A stretch of DNA of 64,000 nucleotides from Moniliella sp. 'wahieum' (Eukaryota), in assembly GCA_003971905.1 (NCBI GenBank), contig RSEE01000128.1, positions 1-64,000 of the forward strand, written 5' to 3'. How positions within the stretch are numbered: position 1 is the first letter of the stretch; each line of letters begins with the position of its first letter. The position numbers and the translations under genes are program-made. Shown here piece by piece: positions 12,782-24,145 of the stretch. The notes under the pieces were generated by a model. It was not told where the DNA came from and did not search any database. It saw nothing but the letters and a program-made list of their open reading frames with translations.

Positions 12782-13666
12782 ATGAGTTCTCTGCGTGTCT
12801 CTGCGTCGCTCCTCCGCTCTGCCCGCGTGGCCCTCCGCCCTGCCGCGGCCCTCCGCGTGTCGCCGATGGCCGTGCGTGTGTCGGCGCCCCTGCCCGCCCG
12901 CAGCTTCGCCTCCTCGGCCGCCGCCCGCGACGGCGGGCTGTCCGAGGTGCTCGGCAGCGAGCTCCAGTTCGAGAAGGACGATGCTGCGGAGAACGGCCGT
13001 CCGCTCGGCGAGGAGCCGCAGTTTGTCAAGGACCTCAAGGCCGCTGGCGTGTGGAAGCTGGCCGAGGGGTGGGGGAGGACGAGGTGACGCTGACCCGCAC
13101 GTTTGGCAACGAGAACATCCGTCTCATGTTCTCGGCTGGCGAGTACGACAACTCGGCTGCCATGGTCAACCAAGAAGCCGAGGAAGAGGAGGACCCCGAG
13201 AACCTTTCGGTCCCGGTTCGGTGCACGATCACCATCACCAAGGTACGTTTGCTTGCACCCGTCTGCCTTGTCTTGTCTTGAAATCCCCCCCCCCCCCCCC
13301 CCTGTTCACGGACACGTACTGATCTACCTTCTTTTTGCTTTTTGTCTCGGCTAGGCTGGCAGCGGGCTTGACCGCCGACGTTCAGGCGATCGATGGCCAG
13401 TTTGATGTGGAGGGCGTGTCATACTACCCTGACGAGAAGCTGGCGTCGGACCTGACGGTGGAGGCGGACTGGGCGCGCCGGGGCACGTACGTGGGCCCGC
13501 AGTTTGAAACGCGGACGACAAGGTGCAAGATGAGTTTTCGGCCTACCTCGAGGAGCGTGGGTTTACCTCGGAGCTTGCCATGATTGTTCCTGCTCTGGCC
13601 GAGTGGAAGGAGCAGCGCGAGTACACCAACTGGCTCGAGAATGTCAAGAAGTTTGTCGAGGCCTAA
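12782..13666 (+). CDS. MAM33: Mitochondrial acidic matrix protein MAM33 (p32/C1QBP family)
   Basis: Presequence RSFASSAAAR, EVTLTRTFGNENIRLMFS, EADWARRGTYVGPQFE and YLEERG..ELA....LAEWKEQREYTNWLENVKKFV. Intron at about 13243-13354. Confidence 0.92.
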
Positions 13667-14246
13667 ATGGGTTTAAGAGCGAATGGTATGGCTGTTTTGT
13701 TTTGTACCTTCCAACTTGACTTGCTTTTCGTTCTTTGCCTTGGGGCGCTCCCCTTTGTACGCGCCCGATCCAATGCACCCCCGGCACCACTCTAGCATCT
13801 TCGCACAACTTGGCTGTCTGGAGCTGGTGCACCTGCTGCCTAGCCTAGCTTGGTTTTAGAAAGTAGGATTGTGTAGCCGCCCTAGTCGTCGATTGAATAT
13901 GGCGACGCTTTGTTGTGGTGACAGAGGGGCAGTCGACTGTGTCAGAAACGAAACGTCGGGCGGAGAGAAAAAAAACGGAAGCGGCGGCGGCGGGGCACAG
14001 GGCCAGTGTGGCTGCTCGGCCCAGAAGCTGGACAGCGGGTGCAGGCGGGGGACAGTGCACAGGCGGTGGGCATGGGCCGAGTGACTCGATATACTCCCTG
14101 ACGCTCATCGCTGATATGATCTGAGGCCATTGCCAGTCCCGACGGTCCCTCAGAAGGCGCCGCTGGAGCTTAAGTACCGCCCGCGCAGCCGACGTTTTGC
14201 TTCCTTGCTTCCCCACACTTCTGGTTTGCACCTGAGCCTGTGCGCC

Positions 14247-15422
14247 ATGGCCCCCCAACGCATCTACCTCGCAGCGAGGCCAAGCCGCACGAGCACGTTC
14301 CGCCCTCACGCCCACCACGGCCAAGAAACTAGCGAGGCCGGGTGGCAAGTCACGGTGGAGCGTGACCCGCAGCGCATCTTTGACGACGACGAGTTGCCCA
14401 GGTCGGGGCGACTTTGGCGCCTCACAATTCGTGGCCTACCATCGACGCGACCATTCCGATTTGGGGTTGAAGGAGTTACCTGCGCCGGGACCTCCTTTGC
14501 CCACACGCACATCCAATTTGCGCACTGCTACAAGAACCAGGCTGGGGGGTGGACGTGCTGGACGGTTCTACCAAGGAGGCGGGACGTTGTACGATCTTTG
14601 AGTTTCTGGAGGATGCCAATGGGCGGCGTGTAGCTGCGTTGGTTGGCACTGGGTTTGCCGGTGCAGCGCTGGGCGTGTTGGCGCTGGCCGAGCAAGTGCA
14701 GGGCAAGCGTCTAGGCCCACAGACGTACTTTCCTACAGAAGCAGCGCTGGTATCCCACGTGCGTGCACGGTGGACGTGATCCGCCGTGCCCGGCCCGATG
14801 GGAAAGTGCGCGCATTGGTGGTGGGTGCGCTGGGCCGGTGTGGGCGCGGGGCGATTGACTGTTTTGAAAAAGTCGGTTTGGCAGCGGAGGACATGTGCGG
14901 TGGGACATGCAAGAGACGGCGGCCAAGTCGGGTCCTTACCCCGAACTACTCAATGTCGACATTTTCCTCAACGCGATTTACCTCCGTGAACGCATCCCGC
15001 CATTTTTGACGCCGGAATTTGTTGCGCAGGCCGGGTCGAAGCGCCGTCTGGGTAGCGTGGTCGACGTCAGTTGCGATACGACCAACCCGTTCAACCCTTT
15101 GCCCATCTACAACATCAATACCACCTTTGACCAGCCGACGGTGGATGTGCCCCTTTCCCCAGAGGCCGGGTCCGAGCCCCTGACCGTCATCTCGATTGAC
15201 CATCTGCCCACCTTGCTGCCCCGAGAAGCAAGCGAAGGGTTTAGCGCCGACCTGTTGCCGTCGCTGTTGCAGTTGCCCTACGTCACGGGCGTGCTGGGCA
15301 GCGTGGAAGCCGACCCGCCCGAGGGCAAGGGTGCCGTGTGGAAGCGCGCTGAAAAGTTGTTCCGCCACCACCTTGCCCGCGCCGAGGAGGAGAAGGTCAA
15401 GACCACCCGGGCACGCATCTGA
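14247..15422 (+). CDS. LYS1: Saccharopine dehydrogenase (NAD+, L-lysine-forming)
   Basis: VTVERDPQRIFDD, GLKELP, HIQFAHCYKNQAGW, LYDLEFLED, VGALGRCGRGA, VDVSCDTTNPFNPLPIY and ISIDHLPTLLPREASE. Confidence 0.96.
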
Positions 15423-17812
15423 TTTCCCCTGGCGGCATTGCCACATTGGTATTGGCATAGACATTGGCATTAGCTTTCCCCATCATGATATGGCGTCACG
15501 AATCCAATGTCGGCATGACTCGTTTTACCGTACCCCTGCGATTTCCCTCGCTCAGCTTCATATGAGGCCGCCACGGAGGGTGCTTGGGCGTATGTATATA
15601 GCGAGAGGCAGGTATGGATTCGATGAGCCAAGAAGACGTCTTGGATCCCCATGAGTCGGGTAACTTGGTCGTTGATCCAAATGGAACAAGATGGACATGG
15701 CCGACTACCCTGAACGTTGAACAGTACCTCCCTCGTATCAGATCTCAGATCTCAGATTATCGTGACCATTGGCACATGCAAAACCGAAGAAAAAAAAAGG
15801 GGTGGAGAAGATGTCTCTTGGTCTCCCTACAGTGAGACCGACAAGCACACAGTACTCAGTACTCATGTACTCATGCAGCACAGCTGAATAGACGACGTCC
15901 CTTTTCCGAGACAACGAAAAGAGAGGGTTTGGGGGGAGAGGGGGTACTAGGTTACTCTTGCTACTATACCGGTAGAGCCGTAGTTGACGAGGTCGGTGGC
16001 CAGACTCGAGCGGAGGTATTAGAGACGGGAACAGAGGAAAAGACAAAACTGCTAACACTAAAGTGTCCTGGGTTTGGGTAAGCTTTAAGGTTGTGGTGCT
16101 GCCATGGGGCCTAGTGCGGTGGTGCAGGGGTTGTTGGCCAGAGGTGAGGCCCTGAGGCACTCAGGACTCAGTACTCGCCGTACATGTCACAGCCGCTCAG
16201 GCTCAGCAGGGCCAGCGCTGGGATTGAGGAAAACTGAGAGTACACTGTACTAGTTTGTACAACGAACACGAACACACATGCCCCTATATACCTTACTTCC
16301 GATTCCACTATACGATCCAGGATCCAGGTCTTATCTCTTGTCGTCCGCGCCGTTCTGAGGAGGGCCCGCCAGTCTTAGGCTGCGGTAAAGCAGAGGGCAA
16401 AACTTGAAAGAAGAGTGACTAGTGAAGCTTGAAAAGAGCATGAAGCTCCATGTGAATCCTTAGACCTTACTCCCGAGGCTTCAGCCTGAAGCTTACACAG
16501 AGAAGGTGTGCCGAGGACCATCTGCTTCTGAGAGGGTCATCATATACATGCTCTGATGCAGGGGCAGTATAGATACGGAGGTCGATGTGGTGATGCAGAA
16601 GAGAGGCAGGGTGTGTGTGACCCTGGTGGGGCCGTGGTCAAGCTCAAGCTTTGAGGCGTTCCGGCGTCAGGTAGGTGACCGCGAGGACGGGGATCCACTC
16701 AGGTCGGGACAAAGGCAGCCGAGCCCAGGGAGGCTGAGCGCTCAGGCTGAGTGCTGTGCAGCCACACACAGCACAGTGTGAGAACTATATTGGCACTAGG
16801 ACGGCCCAAAAAGGGGGTGAGGGTGCTGCTGGAAGCCTCTTTTGGGGAGAGAGAGAGGAGATCGCGAGGAGACCGGGAGCAGATGGAACTGGCCGAGTCT
16901 ACCTGTGATTTCACGTGGTTTGTCCAGCGTCGAGAACAAAGGACAGTTTGTGAGTTACCTGTTACAAAAGGGCAATGACTATTCTAGAAGCAAGTTGAGT
17001 TTCCTGGCTGTATTCTGGTTACTCGAGGTTACTCCTAGGGGGGCAGTACGGCCAGTGGGTGGGTTGGCCAGTGGTTGAGCAGTGCCTCTGCGGGTGGTGC
17101 CCGAGGTGAGCGAGGTGACTGATGCGCATCGCTGATGCTGGATGAGTAATGCGAATGAGCGATTGGCGATGGATGATAGCTGATTGCACAGCGAACAGCT
17201 GTCTTGGAGATAGCCCGAGGGGCTGGGGGGCTGGGGGCATGTGCTGTAGTGCTGGGGGACAGAGGGTGTGGCTGGCGCGCCGGCTGGGCCATGTGCTCGG
17301 GAGGTGCCCACGTGGGGCGGCGTGTTCGCGGGGCGTACGACCAGCGGGACAGAGTGGTTGCCTGCGGTTGGTTGTTGCTGTCCCAAAACAGTGTGGTTGT
17401 TGCTGGTACTACTAATGGTTGCGGCTGCCGAGTCGCTCTGGTACGCCTGCCGTGGCAGGCCACGTGGTGCAGGGTGTGCACGGTGGTCCGTGTCCTGCGC
17501 AGCCCAACACGCTACGATCCAATCGATCGACGCCCATCCGATCGTCTGTGGCTGCTGCCTCTCCAACCACATGACCTGCCCTGCCGTCCATTCGCATCTG
17601 GCGTCCATTCATCTGTCACAGCGCCAGCAGAGCAGCACCAGACACAGCCTCCACCGCATCCCCATCCTTGCAGTCCCACACTCGCCACGGTCTCCTCGGC
17701 CTGCGCACGACACTCTCCGTCTACCCCACCCCAATAAGCTGCGTCTTTCCTATTTAAGCCCTCGTCGTGTACGTCCCATCCCCACCCCCCCCCCCCCCCC
17801 CCCATCCCAACA

Positions 17813-18278
17813 ATGAAGGCTGCTCTGCTCCTGCTTGCCCTCCCCGCGCTCGCCTCGGCCGCTGCGGTGCAGAAGCGCGACCCGTCGGTCAACTGTGGCG
17901 GGACGAGCTACTCGTCGGACCAGGTGGCCGAGTGCGTCAATTACGGCAACGAAGGCGACGGCGGTTCCTCCGACTACCCGCACCAGTACCACGACTATGA
18001 GGGCTTTGACTTTAGCAACTACTGCTCCGACAGTGACTTTTACGAGTACCCGCTCACCAGCGATGGCTACACGGGTGGGTCCCCTGGTGCCGACCGGTGC
18101 ATCTACGGATCCTCCAGCGGCTCCTTCTGCGGCGCCATCACCCACACTGGTACGCCCCCCCCCCCCCCCTCATCCCCCCACTCATGACTGGTTCTGACTC
18201 TTGCTTTTCTTTTTCCCTCTCTTTTGCCGATTGGTCACAGGTGCTTCGGGCGATGACTTTGTGCAGTGCAGCTACTAA
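17813..18278 (+). CDS. Secreted guanyl-specific ribonuclease, T1/U1 family
   Basis: Signal peptide, KR (Kex2) site, YPHQY, YEYPL, GGSPGADR and CGAITHTG|ASGDDFVQCSY. Intron 18150-18240. TATA-like CTATTTAAG at about 17750. Confidence 0.93.
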
Positions 18279-18972
18279 AGGCGGGTCCTTTCCATTTGCT
18301 TGGCTGTGGGCTGCACCGGCATCACCCTAGTCTCGGCTCATATCGCCAACATGTGTCATGCGCGTAAAGGGCCGCCCACGTTCTCTTTTTTCCTCTGTTG
18401 GGCGAGATGCGATGTTTGTAAATCTGTCATCATCGCTCTGTTATCTACCTCCCTCTCTCTCTCCCCGCCGCGCTCGGTTGGCTTGTCTGTTGGATCGGCG
18501 ACAGACATCGTACATCTATAGTGTCCTGATCTCGACTGTTCCGTCTCTGTTTCGTTTTGCTGTGCGATTGTGGGCTCGGACCGACTGTTGATGCCCAGCG
18601 TGTTGCCTATTGGCCGGGCGGGGGGATGCTACGAATGATGAATGGTGAATGAGATATCAGAATATAGGAGGGGGGGAGCAGCCGATACGGGTGAAAGGGG
18701 CAAAGCAACCTCTGAGGTGGCCAGCGCGGAGGGAGTGGAGGGAGGCGTGAGCCACCGGGCCGTGCTGAAATATGAAAGTGAGGGTGATTTCTAACCGAGT
18801 CGGGTAGAGTGCGAAAGCGATGGAACATGCGACGACGCGTTGCGACGCGACACGACGCGACACGCGTGGGGCGGAGAGAGACTGGCGCCGTGCCCCCGGT
18901 GGCGCGTGGACCGGCGCGGAGAGGGCCAACGCAGCCCCACCAGCCAGAGTCCCGTTGCTTCGCGCCGCCACC

Positions 18973-21826
18973 ATGTCCAGCGCCGCCGCCGCCGCCAAGC
19001 GGCCTGCTTCGCCCGCGCTCTCCCCCGCCGACACCGGCAAGCGGCCGCGCACCAGCCCCCCCCCGCCACCACCACCTGCTTCTGCCCCTGCCACTGCCCC
19101 TGCCCCTGCCCCTGCCCTGCCCCTGCCCCTGCCCCTGCCCCTGCCCCCGCCCCTGCGCTGCAGGTGTACACCTCGCGTAACAAGCTGCTCTTCCGCCAGA
19201 AAGCCATTCTCTGGGACCGTTCCCGCGAAGTTATGATGCGTGCGTGTTGTCCCCCTTTCTTTCCCAAGCGTGTGCTGACGCGTTCCCACAGCTCTCATGC
19301 AGTTTTCCGATCTTCTCGCGCACGCCTCTGCGCCGCTCGAGCAAGTACCTCCGCCCTTTCTTCCGCTCATCGGTCTGCTGGGGGAGGAGAACGACAAGCC
19401 GTTGCCCGAGCTGGCACGGGTGGTGCACCAGTCGATCGTGACGAGCTGGCTTCGGAGCTGGACCTGGCTGACTCGCCATCGACTGCGGAAGCGCGGCTGC
19501 CCGTGGCGGTGGTGCATGCTGCGTTGGCGACGGCCGGGAAGCGGGTGGACTATGGTCTGAGCGTGGCGGATGTGTGTGCGCATGCAGTGCCGAGCGTGGC
19601 GGCTGCGGCGGCGAATGCGCAGCAGGGCGTATCGGTTTACCGCTTTGAAGTCCACCCGCCCGTGTGGGAGGCCTTGTCGAGGAGCTGCGTGCGCGGCTGA
19701 CTGCCCGCCGTGCTGAGCGGCGCGAAGCGCAGGCCCAAGCGGCTGTCCTCTTTGCCAGCCTGTCGGAAGAGGACCAAGGCACACTCGTGTTTGGCACGAA
19801 AAAGAAGGCGGCTGCCGCGTTGGCCCAGGTCCCTCACACGGCACCCTTGCCTCCCTTCCTCTTCCGCCTCCGCCCGCACCAACACCAGCATCAGTCTCAG
19901 CTCCCGCTCCAGCCCCACTCCACGCCCACAGCCGCACCCGCACCCGTCCCCCCACCACCCCAACATCCATCCACAGCGCAGCCCCCCGCGCCCACACCCG
20001 CGTTTGCATCTGCAGCACCCGACCCAGCACCAGCCTCCGCCTCCGCCCCCGCCTCCGCCTCCGCCTCCGCACCTGACCCCGCCGCGGCACCAGTACCCGA
20101 CCACGTGTCTGCATCTAACGCTTGCCATCTTTCCCCTCGTCCCTCCGCTCTGAACGCCAGTCCACATGCGGCGGCGCATCCCACCTCGCCCCCCCGGGTC
20201 TCGCGCTCTCCCTCGCCCCGCCGCAGCCGCAGCCGCAGCCCACCGAAGTCGAGACGGAAGCCGAGCGAAAAAGGCGCGGATCAAAGCGGAGCGTGCGGAA
20301 CAGCGAGCGGCCAAGGACCGTGCGCGCCAAGCGAAGCAAGCTGAAAAAGAACGGGTTCAAGCGACGCAGCAACGACAAGCTAATTTTCTCGCTGGGTTTT
20401 TAGGTCGCAACAAGCCTCGCCCGTGGCTCAATCCAGTTCCACGTCGCTCGATACCAAACCTGCTGGGCCTGTCCAGGCCGCCGCGCCAGGCGGCGCGTTT
20501 GACCAGACTTTTCTTCCCTGTGTCATTAAGAATCTAGCTCCGGCCAATCGGTTTGCAGCGACCACGTTGGCGGTGGAGGATGTGGCGCGGTTGGTCAATG
20601 CACAGCCGGAAGCGAGCTCGACGAGCTTGTTGACGGAATGGGGTCAGGCCATGCCCGATTCGGTACAGACGCGCTCGCGGTGTGGCCGCGACCCGGATGG
20701 CCGCCTGGCCACGGGCGTGCAGTCCAAAGTGTCGGTTCGGCAAGTGATGCATTTGGTGCGGGAAAGTGATGTGCTAGGCGAAGGAGCGGCCGAGGCGGCG
20801 CAAGCGGGTCTAGCTCAGTTGCACAAAGTGCAGACTAAGTACCTTCTCTTCCATACGGACCTTCGTCCGGGCTGGGTGGGTACCTGGACGCGGTCCAGTG
20901 CGCTCGTTGGACCTCGCACGCCCTATGGCCAAGATTCGGTCCAGTTGGATTACGCGCTGGACTCGGACGCCGAGTGGGAAGCTCCCGAGGAAGGAGACGG
21001 GGAGGAAATTGCTGATGAAGAAGAAGAGGAGGAGGAGGGTTCGTCGCGTGCGTCGGACTCGGACTCGGACCAAAGCGATTGGCTAGAAGACGATTTGGGA
21101 GAAGGCGACAATGCGCAGGACGACGTCAATGGCAGTGAGACGGGTGGCCCATCGTCGCCGTCCGGACCTGGCGCTAACGCTAATGCTAGCGGGGGGGCGG
21201 GGGATTAAGCATGGGAGGTGCCAAGGCCAAGTGGGGTGCATGGCGGCGAGGCGGCGGTACCGACCGAGGCTTGGGCGGTAAGTGGGGCGCGGCCATGGCC
21301 CGACGGCGTAAAAAGACCAAAGCGCCCGTGGTGAAAAAGTTGGTTCCGTATGCGTCCAGCGTGCACTTTGACACGCACCTTACCAGCTCCGATCCTGCTT
21401 TCGCCTCGTTCCAACTCATTTTTCCCTGGCTTTGCGCTGGGCATGGACCCGTTTGCGCCGCTGACGCGACCCAAGCCCGAGGCGGTAGCGGGAACCGACG
21501 GTGGTGCCGGCACAGGTGCTGGTGCAGGTGCTGGGCTGGGCGAGGCGGAGGACGGTGGTGGTGGCCCGGCACGGAAGAAAACTTCGTTCCCTGATGACTT
21601 GACCGGTCGGTTTGTCGCGGCGCTCTATGCGGCTTCGAACCGGTCCAACCGGTTATTGTTGACGGAAGAGTTACTGAGCGTGTTTGTAAGCCAAGGCCTG
21701 GCTACGCCCTTGACCCGAGTGGCCATCGAGCGCAAGTTGGAGGAAGTGGCTGTCAAGCAGGGCAAAGTCTATGTCGCTCGTCCCGAGTTTCTCCACCTCG
21801 TCCCCTCCACCGCGCAATCGGGGTAA
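18973..21826 (+). CDS. Chromatin assembly factor 1 large subunit (Cac1/Rlf2/p150)
   Basis: K/E/R-rich coiled coil, QANFLAGF (PIP-like), and the CAF1A signature FHTDLRPGWVGTW...RTPY..D..LDYALDSDAEWE followed by an acidic run. C-terminal winged-helix-like segment. Intron at about 19240-19300. Confidence 0.85.
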
Positions 21827-22469
21827 GACCCAAGACAATTCGAATTGTTCGTCGGTCATCGCCCATCTCACTCCGCCCAGGAAGGGTGTGCTTCGGGGCG
21901 GTGGTCAGAATGGTACTCTATTGGGTACTACTTGAGGAAGATTTGGAATGCAATGTTCGTGGCATTGACCCGACCACCCAGAATACAGTAAGGTGTGGTG
22001 GTACAAAAGGAAGGGATGTGGGCGCGTGGGTACGTTTAAAGAGAGGGTATGTACAGTGGTTAGAGAACTAAAGCGGGGGTGAATACATCCCCCACTGATG
22101 ATACAACGGTGCCCCCCTGCAAGCGCACGAGGGGCGTCGGTCGAATCGCGGCCAGTTGGGGTCAACGCACACGACCCGTACCCAACCTTGGACTGGAAAC
22201 GAAGAACAGACAACAAGGATAAACAGAAGAGCCTCCGGCGGGGGCGTCTGACGCAAGAACGAGCAAAAAAGGAAGACCGAATGTCGGAGGCAGAGCGACC
22301 CATTCCCACCAACCCGTCGAAAGCCCAGACCGAAAACAAAAAGATCAGGCACCCAAGCACCACGTATAGCGCAGCCCTCCCCGCCCCCCCCCCCCGCCTT
22401 CTCAGATCTCATCGATCATCTGAGATAGCATGCAACTTGCAACTGTGTGTGTGCCCGGGTCAGGACTGG

Positions 22470-24145
22470 TCGCGTTCCTTGGTGAATGTCTTCAATTCGT
22501 CTTGGACGGCTGAACAAAATCTGACGGTACAAAGCCCGCAAAGCCAGGGATGAGAAACGAGTTGGCATTCACGTTGGGCAACTGGTGCCGTAACTTATCC
22601 GACAAACCACGCAGCTTGGCAAACTTGGTCGTGCGCATGGATACTACCGAGGCGCCGTCCCCCTCGGACCCCATCTCGGCACTGGCATCGGCACTGGCAT
22701 CGGCACTGGCATCGGCACTGGCATCGGCACTGGCATCGGCACTGGCGTTGGCACTGGCACTGGCACTGGTATTGGCATTGGCACTGGCACTGGCGTTGGC
22801 ACTGGCGTTGGCATTGGCATTGGCATCGAGAGCTGGAGCCGGCAGGCCGAATTCTTCCGACGTGGGCGAAGCAGGTAAGACCAGACCATGGGCCACTCTG
22901 TTTGGTCCTGGCGAGCTGGGCATAGGGAGGGGACTGGGTACGGGTCCGCCCGCGCGCACAGGCACAGACACCTTCGTCCGGGGCCTATTCCCCCCGTTCT
23001 CGCACGCTACCGAAAAACTTGGTGCGCCACGTGCCCTGAGAAGTAGGGGAGCAGGAAGGTGGGTATTCGTGGCCCGGAAGACTGCGCTTCCTCTTCTCGC
23101 TTCCCCAGCTCAGCGCCCAAGACGCGTGGTCGTCGGCGGGGGGAGAATTGGGTGGGGGGTACAGGTCCAAGCTGATGGGGTGAAGGCGGGGCGGGGGCCG
23201 GGGCGGGCTGCTTCCAGGGCTGAGGGAGTCAAGGGAGGTGAAAGAGTGGACGGATTGGACCTGTGACTGTGGTTGTGGTTGTGGTTGTGACTGTGACTGT
23301 GGCTGTGGCTGTGGCAGCGGAAGCAGCAGAGTGGTTGCGGAGGATGCTTGCCAGTCTCGGTGCGGTTGGAGGAGGCAGTAGCTGGGCCAGACGAGGGGGA
23401 GGAAGCTGTAGAGGCACGAGGAGTACGGGAAGGCAAGGAAGGAATGGACGTCGAGTGGGACAAGCTCCGTGCGCGCGGCCGATCGAGAGGGCGAAGTGGG
23501 ACGCCACTGGTAGTAGCGAGACCAGGTACAGTCCCATTCAGGTAGAATCCCTGGGTTCTAGACACGCCTCGTGCCACTGTTGGGATGCAGACCCATCTTG
23601 CGCACATCCGATCCTCCCGCTGCGTCCAACCGCGCTGTACCTCCAGGCAAGGGCAACCAGGCAAGTCCAGAGCGAGCAAGGGCCCTGACGGAACAGGCCC
23701 ATGCGAGCTGGACGGACGACTTGAGGCGGTTTGAGGAAGAGGAGATGGAGAGCGTCTCCCTGACCAGCGGCGGGGTGGGGACGCCATCGCTGCCCGGGCC
23801 GCCGGAAGGCGAGCTGGGGCCCGTGTAGACCAGCGCGTGGGCGGGCCAGCCATTGACGGGGGTACGCTGGACGGGTGGGGGGGCGTGTCAAGCAGCTGCT
23901 TCAGCAGCCCATCCAGCAGCTCCGTGGGCGAGCGCGCGTTCTGTGCAAATGGAGCGGAGGGGGGAGGGCGTTAGAGAGGGAGAAGGAGCACAGGACCAAC
24001 CACGCCCATCAAGACAGACACAGGAATTGCAGAAACGTACGCTGGCATGACGGCTGCGGGGGGGGCAGGAGGCGGGCGAGTGGGGCTCACTCCAGCTCCC
24101 ATAGGAGCCAGAAGAGGGCGCGAGGGCAAACGGGGGTCCGGCCAT
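22470..24145 (-). CDS. Hypothetical protein, largely low-complexity/disordered
   Basis: CCACCATGG start and a canonical intron (GTACGT...CTAAC...CAG, about 23942-24039). Coding-like segments [12 protein letters not shown] and [17 protein letters not shown]. No family recognised; the end is uncertain. Confidence 0.5.
22678..22827. repeat. Hexamer/dodecamer microsatellite (GGCACT/GGCATC/GGCATT), encodes AS/AN/AD dipeptide repeats
   Basis: Tandem GGCACTGGCATC units read directly. Confidence 0.9.
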
